From Verrucomicrobiota bacterium (GTDB lineage Bacteria > Verrucomicrobiota > Verrucomicrobiia > Limisphaerales > UBA9464), in assembly GCA_039796015.1 (NCBI GenBank), contig JBDKKQ010000093.1, positions 1 through 52,972 of the forward strand: 52,972 nt of DNA, read 5' to 3'. The notes beneath the pieces are model-generated. The model made no database searches. It saw nothing but the letters and a program-made list of their open reading frames with translations, and was not told where the DNA came from. Positions 8,415 to 18,380 of this stretch are shown piece by piece. Position 1 is the first letter of the stretch, and every line of letters begins with the position of its first letter. The translations under genes were made by a program, and so were the position numbers.

Positions 8415-9767
8415 ATGACACGCCGAAAGTTTCTCCAAACAGGCGCAGCCTTGTCGGCCGCCACCTTTGTTCCGACGACATTCGCTCAGGAAAAAGCCCT
8501 TCGAGTGGGATTGATTGGTACGGGTTGGTACGGCAAGGCGGACTTGCTGAGGTTGATCCAAGTCGCGCCGGTGGACGTGGTTTCGCTGTGCGATGTAGAT
8601 CGCCGCATGCTAGGCGATGCGGCGGCGTTGGTGGCCCAGCGGCAGAAGTCCGGCAAGCAGCCCCGGACCTACGGCGATTATCGGAAGATGCTGGCAGAGA
8701 AGGATTTGGATGTGGTGCTCATCGGGACTCCGGATCACTGGCACGCCTTGCCTATGATCGAGGCCTGCAAGGCGGGGGCTGACATTTATGTGCAGAAACC
8801 CACAGGCGTGGATATCGTCGAGAGTCAAGCCATGCTGGCGGCGGCCCGCAAATACGGTCGGACGGTGCAAGTAGGCACCCAGCGGCGCAGCACACCCCAC
8901 CTCATCGAGGCGCGTGATCGCATCCTGCGCGAGGGCAAACTGGGCACCATCGCCCATGTGGAAATCTGCTGTTATTGGCACATGCGGGCCCGGGACACCT
9001 TGGCCACCGCGCCCGACACCGCGCCGCCGGAATGGCTGGATTATGAGATGTGGACCGGCCCCGCACCCATGAGGCCTTACAACAAAATGGTCCATCCGCG
9101 CGGATGGCGGGCGTTCTCGGAATATGGAAATGGCATCGTGGGCGACATGTGCATCCACATGCTGGACATGGTTCGCTGGATGATGGACCTCGGATGGCCC
9201 ATCTCGGTCAGTTCCAATGGCGGCATCCTGGTGGACAAGGCGAGCCGGGCCAACATCACCGATACGCAGACCGCGACCTTCGACTTTGGTAATTTACAAG
9301 TGCGCTGGACCCATCGGACTTGGGGTGAGGGCGGCGACCCCAAGTACCCTTGGAGTGCCACGTTCTATGGCGACAAGGGCACTCTCAAGGCCAGTGTCTT
9401 TGGCTACGACTACACGCCGCAGGGCGGTGGCAATCCGGTGCACAAGGATGTCGGCATGGAGCTTGACCAGTATCCGGAAGACCAGACCGAAAAGGATCTA
9501 GAGAAGCACTGCGCTCCCGCCATTCGCGGACACATGCGCAACTTGCTGGAGTGCCGCCTCAGCGGGTCTAAGCCGGTGGCCGATATCGAGCAGGGGCACA
9601 TGTCCACAGCCTCCTGCGTCTTAGCTAATTTGTCGCAGCAACTCGGTGGGCGAACCCTGCGCTGGGATCCCAAAACCCACACCATTGTTGGGGATACTGA
9701 GGCCACACGCCTGTTGGCGCGGCCCTATCGCAGCCCCTGGTCGCATCCCACGGCCGCATCGGTTTGA
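8415..9767 (+). CDS. Gfo/Idh/MocA family oxidoreductase with Tat signal peptide
   Basis: Twin-arginine leader MTRRKFLQTGAALSAATFVPTTFAQ, Rossmann start RVGLIGTGWYG, and a GTPDHWHA motif typical of the family. Confidence 0.9.
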   Translation: MTRRKFLQTGAALSAATFVPTTFAQEKALRVGLIGTGWYGKADLLRLIQVAPVDVVSLCDVDRRMLGDAAALVAQRQKSGKQPRTYGDYRKMLAEKDLDVVLIGTPDHWHALPMIEACKAGADIYVQKPTGVDIVESQAMLAAARKYGRTVQVGTQRRSTPHLIEARDRILREGKLGTIAHVEICCYWHMRARDTLATAPDTAPPEWLDYEMWTGPAPMRPYNKMVHPRGWRAFSEYGNGIVGDMCIHMLDMVRWMMDLGWPISVSSNGGILVDKASRANITDTQTATFDFGNLQVRWTHRTWGEGGDPKYPWSATFYGDKGTLKASVFGYDYTPQGGGNPVHKDVGMELDQYPEDQTEKDLEKHCAPAIRGHMRNLLECRLSGSKPVADIEQGHMSTASCVLANLSQQLGGRTLRWDPKTHTIVGDTEATRLLARPYRSPWSHPTAASV

Positions 9768-9863
9768 GAAGATGTGATGAATCTTGTCGGTCGATGGTAG
9801 ACAAAAAGGCATTTGCAGCGTTTGTTGTCAAATCTGCAATGGGTGCAGGTAATTTTTTTAAAA

Positions 9864-10790
9864 ATGTCTCGTTTTCCACTTCCAGGATCTGCAGGTTCCA
9901 GCCAAGTGACCAGTCAGCCAGCAGCATCTACCCCTAGTTCGGGCGTTCGTCGCACCCAGATTTTCACCTTGGTGGCAGTCCTCGTGCCTTGGATCGGTTT
10001 CATGACGGCCGCCGTGCTGGCTTGGAACAAGATCCTTCGGCCGTTGGATGTCATCCTCTTTGTGATCATGTACTTGATCGCAGGTTTTGGTGTTACCGGG
10101 GGCTACCATCGCCTCTTCACCCACCGCAGCTTCACCTGCCCAGCCTTTATTCGCGCGTTGTTCGGCATCGCCGGATCGATGGCGGTTCAAGGACCGTTGT
10201 TCTTCTGGGTGGCCACGCACCGCCGTCATCACCAGCACAGCGATGTGAAGGGTGACCCCCATTCACCCCACGAACACGGTGAGGGCATGAAGGGCCTGAC
10301 GCTCGGCTTCTGGCACGCCCACATGGGCTGGATGTTCCGCGGCGCCGATGCGATGACCGTTCGCAGCCTGCCTGACCTCTCTAAGGATCCGGTGGCCCGT
10401 GTGATCCACCGCGGTTTTGTTTGGTGGGCACTGACCGGACTGGTTCTTCCCGGAATTCTCGGTGGCTTGATCACCCAAACGTGGATGGGGGCTTTAACGG
10501 GATTTCTTTGGGGCGGTCTTGCCCGGGTATTCATGGGACACCATGCAACTTGGAGCGTGAATTCCATTTGCCATCTCTGGGGTACACAACCCTTCAAGAC
10601 TCGTGATGAGAGCCGCAACAATGCAGCCGTCGCAGTGGTTTCGCTGGGTGAGGGGTGGCACAATAACCACCATGCACATCCGCAGTCGGCCCGGCATGGT
10701 CTCCGCTGGTATCAGATGGATCTGACCTGGATCCTCATCCGGACTCTAAATATCTTCGGGCTGGCCTCGAATGTTCAAGTGGCCCACTGA
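9864..10790 (+). CDS. acyl-CoA (delta-9 type) fatty acid desaturase
   Basis: His boxes HRLFTHRSF, HRRHHQHSD and HNNHHAHP, plus TM segments. The ATG at 9864 is preferred over the TTG at 9813. Confidence 0.88.
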   Translation: MSRFPLPGSAGSSQVTSQPAASTPSSGVRRTQIFTLVAVLVPWIGFMTAAVLAWNKILRPLDVILFVIMYLIAGFGVTGGYHRLFTHRSFTCPAFIRALFGIAGSMAVQGPLFFWVATHRRHHQHSDVKGDPHSPHEHGEGMKGLTLGFWHAHMGWMFRGADAMTVRSLPDLSKDPVARVIHRGFVWWALTGLVLPGILGGLITQTWMGALTGFLWGGLARVFMGHHATWSVNSICHLWGTQPFKTRDESRNNAAVAVVSLGEGWHNNHHAHPQSARHGLRWYQMDLTWILIRTLNIFGLASNVQVAH

Positions 10791-10851
10791 GGTTTCAAAC
10801 AATCGAAACGTCCGTACTATTCGCTGGGATTCCCTCGTAAATTTCTCACGC

Positions 10852-10907
10852 CAACAGGGTCCGGTCCATCCGGTTTCATACCGATGAGGCGGACCCTGTT
10901 GCTTTTC
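10852..10907 (+). terminator. putative intrinsic terminator after the desaturase gene
   Basis: 12-bp perfect stem CAACAGGGTCCG / CGGACCCTGTTG with a ~26-nt loop, followed by CTTTTC. It sits between convergent genes. Confidence 0.55.
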
Positions 10908-10915
10908 AGGCGGGG

Positions 10916-12049
10916 CTAGGCCTTGCGATAGAACGGCTTCTTAACCACTTCGGCCGCAAACCGCTTGCCACGGATCTCGATCTGAATAGCGGTTCCTGGA
11001 GTTGTCAAAGAGGGCGGAACATAGGCCATGCCAATACCCGCGTTCAGTGTGGGACTTTGGGTGCCGCTGACCACCGTCCCGACCACGGCATCGGCCACCA
11101 CGACTGGATAGCTCGGACGAGGCGGAGCTGATTTTTCGGTCATCCGGAAGGCAACACATTTCTTGGAAAGCCCCTCTTCCTTTTGTTTCAACAGCGCGGA
11201 ACGACCAATAAAGTCTCCCTTGTCCCAGGCGATGAAGAAGCCTAGTCCCGCCTCTACTGGCGAGGTTTGTTCGTCGAGTTCGTGGCCGTAGAGCGGATAG
11301 CAGACTTCCGTCCGCAAGGTGTCTCGGGCTCCGAGGCCACAGGGGCGAATGCCCACGGAGGCACCGGCGGCGAGGGCGGCTAGCCAGAGGGGTTCCAGCA
11401 AGGCGTTCGGAGCCACCACTTCGAATCCGTCTTCACCAGTGTAGCCGGTACGGGCGACCCAGAGAGCTTGACCGTCTTGGTCCCACCGCCCGATTTGGTT
11501 CTTGGCCAACGCTGAGGCAGGCACACCGGTGACCCCGCCGAGCGAATGGCCTGGGAACAGGGCGTCGATGAATTCTGGAACACGCGGCCCCTGAATGGCG
11601 ATGGCACCCGTGGTGGCCGACACGTGGTTCATGCGCACTTCAGCGCGATCCGGAAAGGCATTCCAACGGGTCTCCAGCCATGCCACGTCAGCGTCTATTC
11701 GGCCGGCGTTAATGATGAGTAGGTAGGTTTCTTCGGCGACCCGATAGGCGTACAAATCATCGATGGTGCCGCCGGTCTCGAGACACAGGTGGGTGTATTG
11801 GCCGAGGCCGAGGGTTAGTTTTCGCAGGTCGTTGGTCAGCAACCCGTTGAGGAATGCTAATGCCTTGGGCCCTTCGAACCAGATTTCGCCCATGTGGCTG
11901 ATATCGAAGATTCCAGCCGAGCGGCGGACCGCATGGTGTTCCTCGACGATCGATGTGTACTGGACGGGCATTTCCCAGCCCCCGAACTCGATGAGCTTGC
12001 CGCCGAGTTGCTGGTGGGCTGTGAAGAGGGGGGTGCGTTTCAGGGACAT
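10916..12049 (-). CDS. gcvT: glycine cleavage system aminomethyltransferase T protein
   Basis: MSLKRTPLFTAHQQLGGKLIEFGGWEMPVQY..., DISHMGE, and the C-terminal KPFYRK are classic GcvT. The internal ATG at 12049 is preferred over the ORF-track start at 12163. Confidence 0.92.
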   Translation of the reverse strand: MSLKRTPLFTAHQQLGGKLIEFGGWEMPVQYTSIVEEHHAVRRSAGIFDISHMGEIWFEGPKALAFLNGLLTNDLRKLTLGLGQYTHLCLETGGTIDDLYAYRVAEETYLLIINAGRIDADVAWLETRWNAFPDRAEVRMNHVSATTGAIAIQGPRVPEFIDALFPGHSLGGVTGVPASALAKNQIGRWDQDGQALWVARTGYTGEDGFEVVAPNALLEPLWLAALAAGASVGIRPCGLGARDTLRTEVCYPLYGHELDEQTSPVEAGLGFFIAWDKGDFIGRSALLKQKEEGLSKKCVAFRMTEKSAPPRPSYPVVVADAVVGTVVSGTQSPTLNAGIGMAYVPPSLTTPGTAIQIEIRGKRFAAEVVKKPFYRKA

Positions 12050-12174
12050 GGATGAAATCAGAGCTGTGGCGGAGTGAATCAGCGACACCGAATAACCTAG
12101 GAGGACGGTGGCGACGCTCTCAGCACGGAATTCAATGATGTCCTTGAACCCCCAAAAATCCAATCTCGGGTTTT

Positions 12175-13635
12175 TTAGGCGACGATCGAACGGACGACCT
12201 CGCCAGCCACATCGGTGAGCCGGAAATTGCGCCCGTTGTTGAAGAAGGTCAGTCGCTCATGATCTAGCCCCATGAGGTGTAAGATGGTCGCGTGCAGGTC
12301 ATTGACGCTCACCTTGTCGACTTCGGCCTTGTGACCAAAGGCATCGGTGGTGCCGTGATGCACACCGCCACGGACCCCGCCGCCTGCCAGCCAATAAGTG
12401 AAGGCGTGGGGATTGTGGTCTCGACCCGGATTGCCGCCCTTTTGGGAGACAGGCAGGCGACCAAACTCTCCGCCCCAGATCACCAGGGTCTCCTCTAACA
12501 AACCCCGTTGTTCGAGGTCGGCCAGGAGTCCGGCGATGGGTTGATCGGTCTCGCGGGCGAAACCCCGGTGATTGCCGCCGATGTCTTCGTGACCGTCCCA
12601 ACTGCGTTGGTTTTCCATGCCGCCGGAATAGATCTGAACAAAGCGGACACCGCGTTCGACCATGCGGCGGGCTGTCAGGCATTGGGCAGCGAAATGACGG
12701 CAGTGGGATTGATCGAGGCCGTAGAGGTGTTTGAGATGTTCCGGCTCGCGCTCAATGCCGAAAGCCTCCGGTGCAGCCGATTGCATGCGGTAGGCCAGTT
12801 CGAAGCTTTCGATCCGTGCCCCCAGTTCGTTTTGGGATCCCGCCTGGGCTAGGTGTTGCTGGTTGAGGGATCGGAGCAAATCCAATTGGGCGCGTTGAGC
12901 CTCCGCATTCATGCCGGCCGCTCGGTTTAGGTTGTCGATAGGATCCCCCTTGGGCCGGAGCCAAGTACCTTGATAGACGCTGGGCAGGAAGCCAGCCCCC
13001 CAGTTGCTGGCCTGCCCCTTGGGCAACCCGCGGTCCAGTGGGTCGCTCATCACAACAAAGGACGGCAGGTCGCGATTTTCGCTCCCCAGGCCGTAAGTCA
13101 TCCAGGAACCGACGCAGGGGAACCCCATGCGAGTCGAGCCCGTGTTGATCATGAAGAGCGCGGGGCTGTGGTTGTTGGACTCGGTGTGGCAGGAGTGCAG
13201 GAAGGCCATCTTGTCCACATGTCGCGACAGGTGCGGGAACAAATCACTGGCCCAGGTGCCGCTCTGGCCGTGCTGAGCCCAGGCGAAGGGAGACTTCATC
13301 AAGGGCCCTACTGATTCGGTGAAAAATCCGGTCTTCTTGTCGAAACCCGGCAACTCCTGACCGTGGCGGCGTGTCAACTCCGGCTTGTGGTCCCAGGTAT
13401 CCACCTGGCTTGGGCCGCCGTTCATGAAGAGCCAGATGACCGATTTGGCCCGGGTCTTGAGTTGCGGGGGGCGTGGGGCCAGCGGATCGGCAGAGGGAGC
13501 GGCCATTGCCCGGGGTATTAGGAGTCGCTGCTCATCGAGCAATCCGGCCAAGGCCAGAAGGCCGGCCCCGTGACCGGCACGGCGGAGGAGGTCACGACGC
13601 GAGAGGGGGCCGTTCAGAGTAGGATGGGGATTCAT
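12175..13635 (-). CDS. DUF1501 domain protein (sulfatase/alkaline-phosphatase-like), Tat signal
   Basis: The leader SRRDLLRRAGHGAGLLALAG and the motif GRDHNPHAFTYWLAGGGVRGG are characteristic of DUF1501. Confidence 0.9.
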   Translation of the reverse strand: MNPHPTLNGPLSRRDLLRRAGHGAGLLALAGLLDEQRLLIPRAMAAPSADPLAPRPPQLKTRAKSVIWLFMNGGPSQVDTWDHKPELTRRHGQELPGFDKKTGFFTESVGPLMKSPFAWAQHGQSGTWASDLFPHLSRHVDKMAFLHSCHTESNNHSPALFMINTGSTRMGFPCVGSWMTYGLGSENRDLPSFVVMSDPLDRGLPKGQASNWGAGFLPSVYQGTWLRPKGDPIDNLNRAAGMNAEAQRAQLDLLRSLNQQHLAQAGSQNELGARIESFELAYRMQSAAPEAFGIEREPEHLKHLYGLDQSHCRHFAAQCLTARRMVERGVRFVQIYSGGMENQRSWDGHEDIGGNHRGFARETDQPIAGLLADLEQRGLLEETLVIWGGEFGRLPVSQKGGNPGRDHNPHAFTYWLAGGGVRGGVHHGTTDAFGHKAEVDKVSVNDLHATILHLMGLDHERLTFFNNGRNFRLTDVAGEVVRSIVA

Positions 13636-15191
13636 GGAACGTTGGGGTTCTTCGGTCGAAGGCCAGGAATGGGAACAGGAAAGATCGGGTTGTCATGGAC
13701 CTGATCCCGAAGGATCTCCTCGGCACGGGCGATGAGCTCTGGGTGACGGGTTGCAAGGTCGGTCCCTTCGTTGGGATCGGCCTTTAGGTCGTAGAGTTCC
13801 CAGGCTCCGGGTTGGGGCGTTTTGAGCCGCTGCCGGACCGCTTTGAAATCGTTCATGCGCACGGCGACTTGGCCTCCATACTCCGGAAATACCCAGACCA
13901 TCGGGCGGTGCTGGCCCGGGCCCTTGCGGCCCGTGAGTTGAGGCCAAAGACTTTGACCATCTAGGTTGAGGGGTGTCTTCAGACTCGTCGCCTCGCAGAG
14001 AGTGGGAAACCAATCGGCGAAGTAGCTCGGGCGGTCGTTTACTGAGCCAGCCCGGATCCGTCCAGGAAGCCGGGCGATCAGAGGAACTCTGAGGCCGCCT
14101 TCGTAGACCGATCCCTTGAAACCCCGCAGTCCGGCTGTGCTATTGAAGAAGGAGGAGTCTACGCCACCGGTACCGAAGCGGGGATTTTTGCCGGCCGGAT
14201 GGGTGGTGCCATTGTCGCTGGTAAAGATCACCAATGTGCGGTCGGTCAGTCCGGCTGAATCCAGGGCCCGCAGCACTTGGCCTACATGGTCATCCAGGTC
14301 CGAGATCATGGCCGCGTAGGCGGCACGCGGGCGAGGGTGGGGCAGGTAGCCATTCTGCCCTCGATAGGGTTCGTCATCCCAGGATTTCGGAAACCGATCG
14401 ACCGATGCCTTGGGCGGATGCATCGCCACATGGGGTTCGATGAAGGCCAAATAGAGAAAAAATGGATCCGCGCGGTGATCGCTGATGAATCGCTCGGCCT
14501 CGGCCATCATCCTCGTAGGGGCGTAATCTTCCGCCGTTTGGTCTTCCAGTCGGACTTCGCCCTCGGCTTGAGCACGGTGGCCGGGTACCGGATGAGCATT
14601 GAGGGGAATCCGTTCGGTATTCCGCCACAGATGGGTCGGGTAGTAGCTGTGAGCCACCGCCTGACAGTTGTAACCGAAGAAGAGGTCGAATCCTTGGGCG
14701 TTGGGATCGCCGGTGCTGCCCACCGGGCCCAGGCCCCATTTGCCGATGGCCCCCGTCGCGTAACCGGCTTGATGGAAGACCCGGGCCACTGTCTGGGCGC
14801 TGGTGCTCAAGGGATACTGGCCTTCATCGAACTGAGGGAAGGCGGTCTTGGCCTGAATATTACCGCGGATCTCTGCATGACCGGTGTGGCGACCCGTGAG
14901 CAGCACGCAGCGCGACGGGGCGCAGACCGGGGCGCCGCTGTAGTGACGGGTGAAGCGCATGCCCTGAGAAGCCAGTCGGTCGAGATGGGGCGTCGGGATC
15001 TTCTGTTGACCGTAGCTGCCCAACTCGGCCCAACCGAGGTCGTCGGCGAGCATGAACACCACATTGAGGGCCTGTCCCTTGGAGGAGGTTTTTGCGGAGG
15101 CGGAGTTCGACAGCAAGAGGACAGACAGGACCGCGAGGGGTTGCAGCCGTTTAAACCAGAGGGCCGTAGAGGAGCGGAGGTTAGTCCACAT
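13632..15191 (-). CDS. arylsulfatase-type formylglycine-dependent sulfatase, secreted
   Basis: Signal peptide, LADDLGWAELGSYGQ, and the C-x-P-x-R site CAPSRCVLLTGR. The stop overlaps the DUF1501 start (ATGA). Confidence 0.92.
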   Translation of the reverse strand: MWTNLRSSTALWFKRLQPLAVLSVLLLSNSASAKTSSKGQALNVVFMLADDLGWAELGSYGQQKIPTPHLDRLASQGMRFTRHYSGAPVCAPSRCVLLTGRHTGHAEIRGNIQAKTAFPQFDEGQYPLSTSAQTVARVFHQAGYATGAIGKWGLGPVGSTGDPNAQGFDLFFGYNCQAVAHSYYPTHLWRNTERIPLNAHPVPGHRAQAEGEVRLEDQTAEDYAPTRMMAEAERFISDHRADPFFLYLAFIEPHVAMHPPKASVDRFPKSWDDEPYRGQNGYLPHPRPRAAYAAMISDLDDHVGQVLRALDSAGLTDRTLVIFTSDNGTTHPAGKNPRFGTGGVDSSFFNSTAGLRGFKGSVYEGGLRVPLIARLPGRIRAGSVNDRPSYFADWFPTLCEATSLKTPLNLDGQSLWPQLTGRKGPGQHRPMVWVFPEYGGQVAVRMNDFKAVRQRLKTPQPGAWELYDLKADPNEGTDLATRHPELIARAEEILRDQVHDNPIFPVPIPGLRPKNPNVP

Positions 15192-18100
15192 AGATCACCT
15201 CGTTGAGGCTGATGAGGGTTTGCAGCAAATCCGTGGCGGACTGCAGTTCAGGTTGAGCGCTCCCTGCCTGCCGGTACCGTTCGGTTTGTTGCTTCAGGAA
15301 GTCGATGGAGGCCTTCGATTCCACCGGGCTGGGAGATCGCTGCAGGGCTCGTCGGTAGGCGATTGTAACCCATTGGGACGGTTCTTGGGTCGCGTTGTTC
15401 GCCGACCGATGGGCCCATCCAGTGGTCCACTCCCGGACTTTCGGGTTGTTCATGAGCCAGAGGGCTTGGGGTGCAATGGTGGTGGCTGGCCGGGTGCTCT
15501 GGCTGACCAGAGGTTCCGGAGCATCGAAGACCTGCATGGCCGGAATGAGTTGGCTGCGTTTGATTGTAAAATAAATGCTCCGGCGACGGCTGGATTCATC
15601 CAAAGTGCCGGGCCCGAATGGGGTTGCATCGAGGGCGCCCGTGATCCAGAGCAGGGTGTCGCGAATGGCCTCGGCTTCCAGCCGGGTTGGAACGTGTCGG
15701 GACAGGAGTGAGTTGTTCGGGTCCCGCTCAGCCTTCGCTTCGGAGGGCGCCGAGGATTGACGATAGGTGCGGCTGGTCATCATCAGCCGGTGCAGAGATT
15801 TGAGTCGCCAGCCCCCGCTCATCAGTTCGCTCGCCAGCCAATCGAGCAGTTCGGGGTGCGAGGGCTTGCCACCCTGGACTCCGAAATCATTGGGTGTAGC
15901 AACAAGCCCCTGACCAAAATGATGTTGCCACAAGCGATTGACGATGACCCGGGCGAGCAGGTGCCCCGCACCATCATGGCTGTCGGTCATCCAAAGGGCT
16001 AGCGATCGTCGTCGGCCCGAATACGGAGCTCCGGTGGGTGGCTGCCAGCGCCAATGAGATTCGGAGTCGGGCGACTTCATGAGCACCTGCAGAAAGCTCG
16101 GACTGGCGACTCCACGTTTCTGGTCGGCGCTGCCCCGATGCAAGAAATGGGTCTCCGGCAAGAAGTCTCCGCCCTGAGTGTTCATGCGAAGGGCCGGATA
16201 GCCCTCACCGCACATGAGGACTTGCGTCAACTCGGGCTTGGGACGGTTTTTCTCGTGGGCTTGGAGCTTTTGGTGGGCCTGGCTCCAGCCCGCGTCCGAA
16301 GTCTTCCACCAATCCAATAGCGTCTTCCGTTCGCTGGCCGAGAACGAGGCGGGGCCGCTTCCTGGGGTTTTGAGTCGCTCGAACAGGCCGGCGATTCCGG
16401 CCGGAACGCCTTCGGAGTCGAACGGGGCTGCGGTCATTGAGGTTACCGAAATGCGCGGCCGTCCGATGTGGTGACGGCTATTGACCTTAAACTCCAATTC
16501 GACGGTCAAGCGGACGCCTCCGGCTATCCGGATTGGAGACTCAAAATCCACGATGGCAGCTTGTCGGGTGCCGAATTTTGGGTCGACCGCCCATCCGGTG
16601 TGCGGGTCGTTGTCCAACGATCCTGCGATAGACAGGTTGCCGGTGTTTTGTTCGAAGGTGGCCCGAGGTCGCACCAAGAGGATCTCCTGCCGCTCGCCTC
16701 CCGACAACGGTTGAGCAAAGACCCGAATGCGGCTCAGCCCCAGGTTTCCATTGTCGGCCCGGCCGGGTCCGCCATGGGGTAGGCTCGGATCTGGCAGCGC
16801 CTCCAAGCGCAGCGATCGCAGCGTCGGGATCGGGCTTTGTCCGGTGAAGGTGTAGGTATCGTGGTCGGCGTTCTTGCCCTCGGCCAGGAAGGACCCGTCG
16901 GCCATTGCCTTGAAGCTGGCGCCGCTCTGGGATTTCCAGACGGGGGACTCCAGAAATTCCCAGTCGGCCGCGACCTTCGGTGCGGCCCCGGATCCCAGCC
17001 ACGTCTCGAAGTGATTGGGGAGCACGGTTTGCTCGTACTGAGTGAGTTCGGCCTGATCTCGGGCGTGGTCGGCCTCAAAAGCGGCCAACCGGCGTTGGGT
17101 TTGTTCCGGATTCAGGTCGAGTTGCCGCTGACTGCGGACGGTCGTGGTGAAGGTCGACAGCAGTCGGTAATAATCCCGGGTGGGGATGGGATCGAACTTG
17201 TGGTCATGGCACCGGGCACACCCCACGGTCATACCGAGCATGGCAGAGGTCGTGGTGGACAGCATGTCGTCCATTGCGTCGTAGCGGGTCCGCTCCACCT
17301 CGTTGGCAGTGATTTGCGTGGGGAATACCCCGGCTCCAAGGAACCCTGTGGCCATCAGTGCTAGTGGATTCCCTGGCTCGAACTCGTCACCGGCCAACTG
17401 CCACTGCACGAACTGGTCGTAGGGCATATCGGCATTCAGAGCCTTGATGACAAAGTCCCGGAAGTGATGGGCGCCCGGTCGGTCGTAGTCGTGTTCGAAG
17501 CCTGAGCTTTCGCCGAATCGTGCCACATCCAACCAATGACGCGCCCAGCGCTCGCCGTGCTGAGGTTGGGCCAACAGTGTGTCTATCGCCCGTTCCCACG
17601 CCCCGGGGGCAGAATCTAGTTCAAAGGCCTCCAGAGCCTCCGGGGTCGGGGGCAGGCCGAGCAGGTCGAAGGAGGCCCGGCGGAGCAGGGTGCGTCGATC
17701 GGCCTCGGGATTGAGTGACAGTTTTTTCTCCACCAGGCGGGCCTGAATGAAGGCGTCGATCGGGTGGGAGCCTGCGGACGGGACCTCCGGGGGCGTGACT
17801 CGGACTAGCGTTTGGTAGGGCCATCCGGTGAAGGGTTTGAGGGACTTCGAATCGGCCCCGGACTGGGTTCCGCTAGAACGTCCGGCGATCAGCGGGCCGT
17901 CATAGGGGGCTCCGTTATGAATCCACTCGGAGAGGGCTTTGGCCGAAGCCTCGGGCAAAGGCTCGCCTTTGGAGGGCATGTGGGGCTTCTCCGTGCGGGT
18001 GACTAAGCGCACCAGCTTGCTGCCTGGCCCGTCAAACAGACGAATGGCGACGCCCTCGGCTCCGCCCTTTAAAAGGTCTTCGCGGCTGGCCAGACTGAAG

Positions 18101-18324
18101 TCGCCCTGTGTTTTTTCTCCGCCATGGCATTTTAGGCAGTGGTTGGTCAGGAGCGGTCGAATTTCTTTTCGGAACAGTTCAAGGCCGCGGGTGAAGCGTT
18201 CGGCGTGGTCCGCCGGAAAGGGAACTGCGGGTTCGGCGGCGGCCAATCGAAGGCTCCCGACTAGAAATTGAAGTATTACGGCAGATGAGCCGGAAAACCG
18301 CACCAGGTATAAAGGGACAGTCAT
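15181..18324 (-). CDS. PSCyt1 (planctomycete cytochrome c) / DUF1549 / DUF1553 protein
   Basis: N-terminal heme-type CLKCHGGEK motif, DUF1549-type CARCHDHKFDPI, and a long DUF1553-like C-terminus. The 3' end overlaps the sulfatase start by 11 nt. Confidence 0.9.
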   Translation of the reverse strand: MTVPLYLVRFSGSSAVILQFLVGSLRLAAAEPAVPFPADHAERFTRGLELFRKEIRPLLTNHCLKCHGGEKTQGDFSLASREDLLKGGAEGVAIRLFDGPGSKLVRLVTRTEKPHMPSKGEPLPEASAKALSEWIHNGAPYDGPLIAGRSSGTQSGADSKSLKPFTGWPYQTLVRVTPPEVPSAGSHPIDAFIQARLVEKKLSLNPEADRRTLLRRASFDLLGLPPTPEALEAFELDSAPGAWERAIDTLLAQPQHGERWARHWLDVARFGESSGFEHDYDRPGAHHFRDFVIKALNADMPYDQFVQWQLAGDEFEPGNPLALMATGFLGAGVFPTQITANEVERTRYDAMDDMLSTTTSAMLGMTVGCARCHDHKFDPIPTRDYYRLLSTFTTTVRSQRQLDLNPEQTQRRLAAFEADHARDQAELTQYEQTVLPNHFETWLGSGAAPKVAADWEFLESPVWKSQSGASFKAMADGSFLAEGKNADHDTYTFTGQSPIPTLRSLRLEALPDPSLPHGGPGRADNGNLGLSRIRVFAQPLSGGERQEILLVRPRATFEQNTGNLSIAGSLDNDPHTGWAVDPKFGTRQAAIVDFESPIRIAGGVRLTVELEFKVNSRHHIGRPRISVTSMTAAPFDSEGVPAGIAGLFERLKTPGSGPASFSASERKTLLDWWKTSDAGWSQAHQKLQAHEKNRPKPELTQVLMCGEGYPALRMNTQGGDFLPETHFLHRGSADQKRGVASPSFLQVLMKSPDSESHWRWQPPTGAPYSGRRRSLALWMTDSHDGAGHLLARVIVNRLWQHHFGQGLVATPNDFGVQGGKPSHPELLDWLASELMSGGWRLKSLHRLMMTSRTYRQSSAPSEAKAERDPNNSLLSRHVPTRLEAEAIRDTLLWITGALDATPFGPGTLDESSRRRSIYFTIKRSQLIPAMQVFDAPEPLVSQSTRPATTIAPQALWLMNNPKVREWTTGWAHRSANNATQEPSQWVTIAYRRALQRSPSPVESKASIDFLKQQTERYRQAGSAQPELQSATDLLQTLISLNEVIYVD

Positions 18325-18380
18325 GGCATCGGGAGAGTCGGTGAGTCTGGTTTTGTTGGAGCCCAGGATGCAACTCCGGG

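Noticed and set aside
9768-9863. Possible promoter or operator (TTGCAG..CTGCAA inverted repeat, TTGTCA..TAATTT) upstream of the desaturase
   Set aside because: The spacing is imperfect (about 19 nt) and the elements are short, so it is too speculative to list as a feature.
12050-12174. Possible glycine riboswitch upstream of gcvT
   Set aside because: No GGAGAG...CACCGAAGGGGCAA-type aptamer core is present. gcvT is solitary (no gcvH or gcvP adjacent) and may be read through from the DUF1501 operon.
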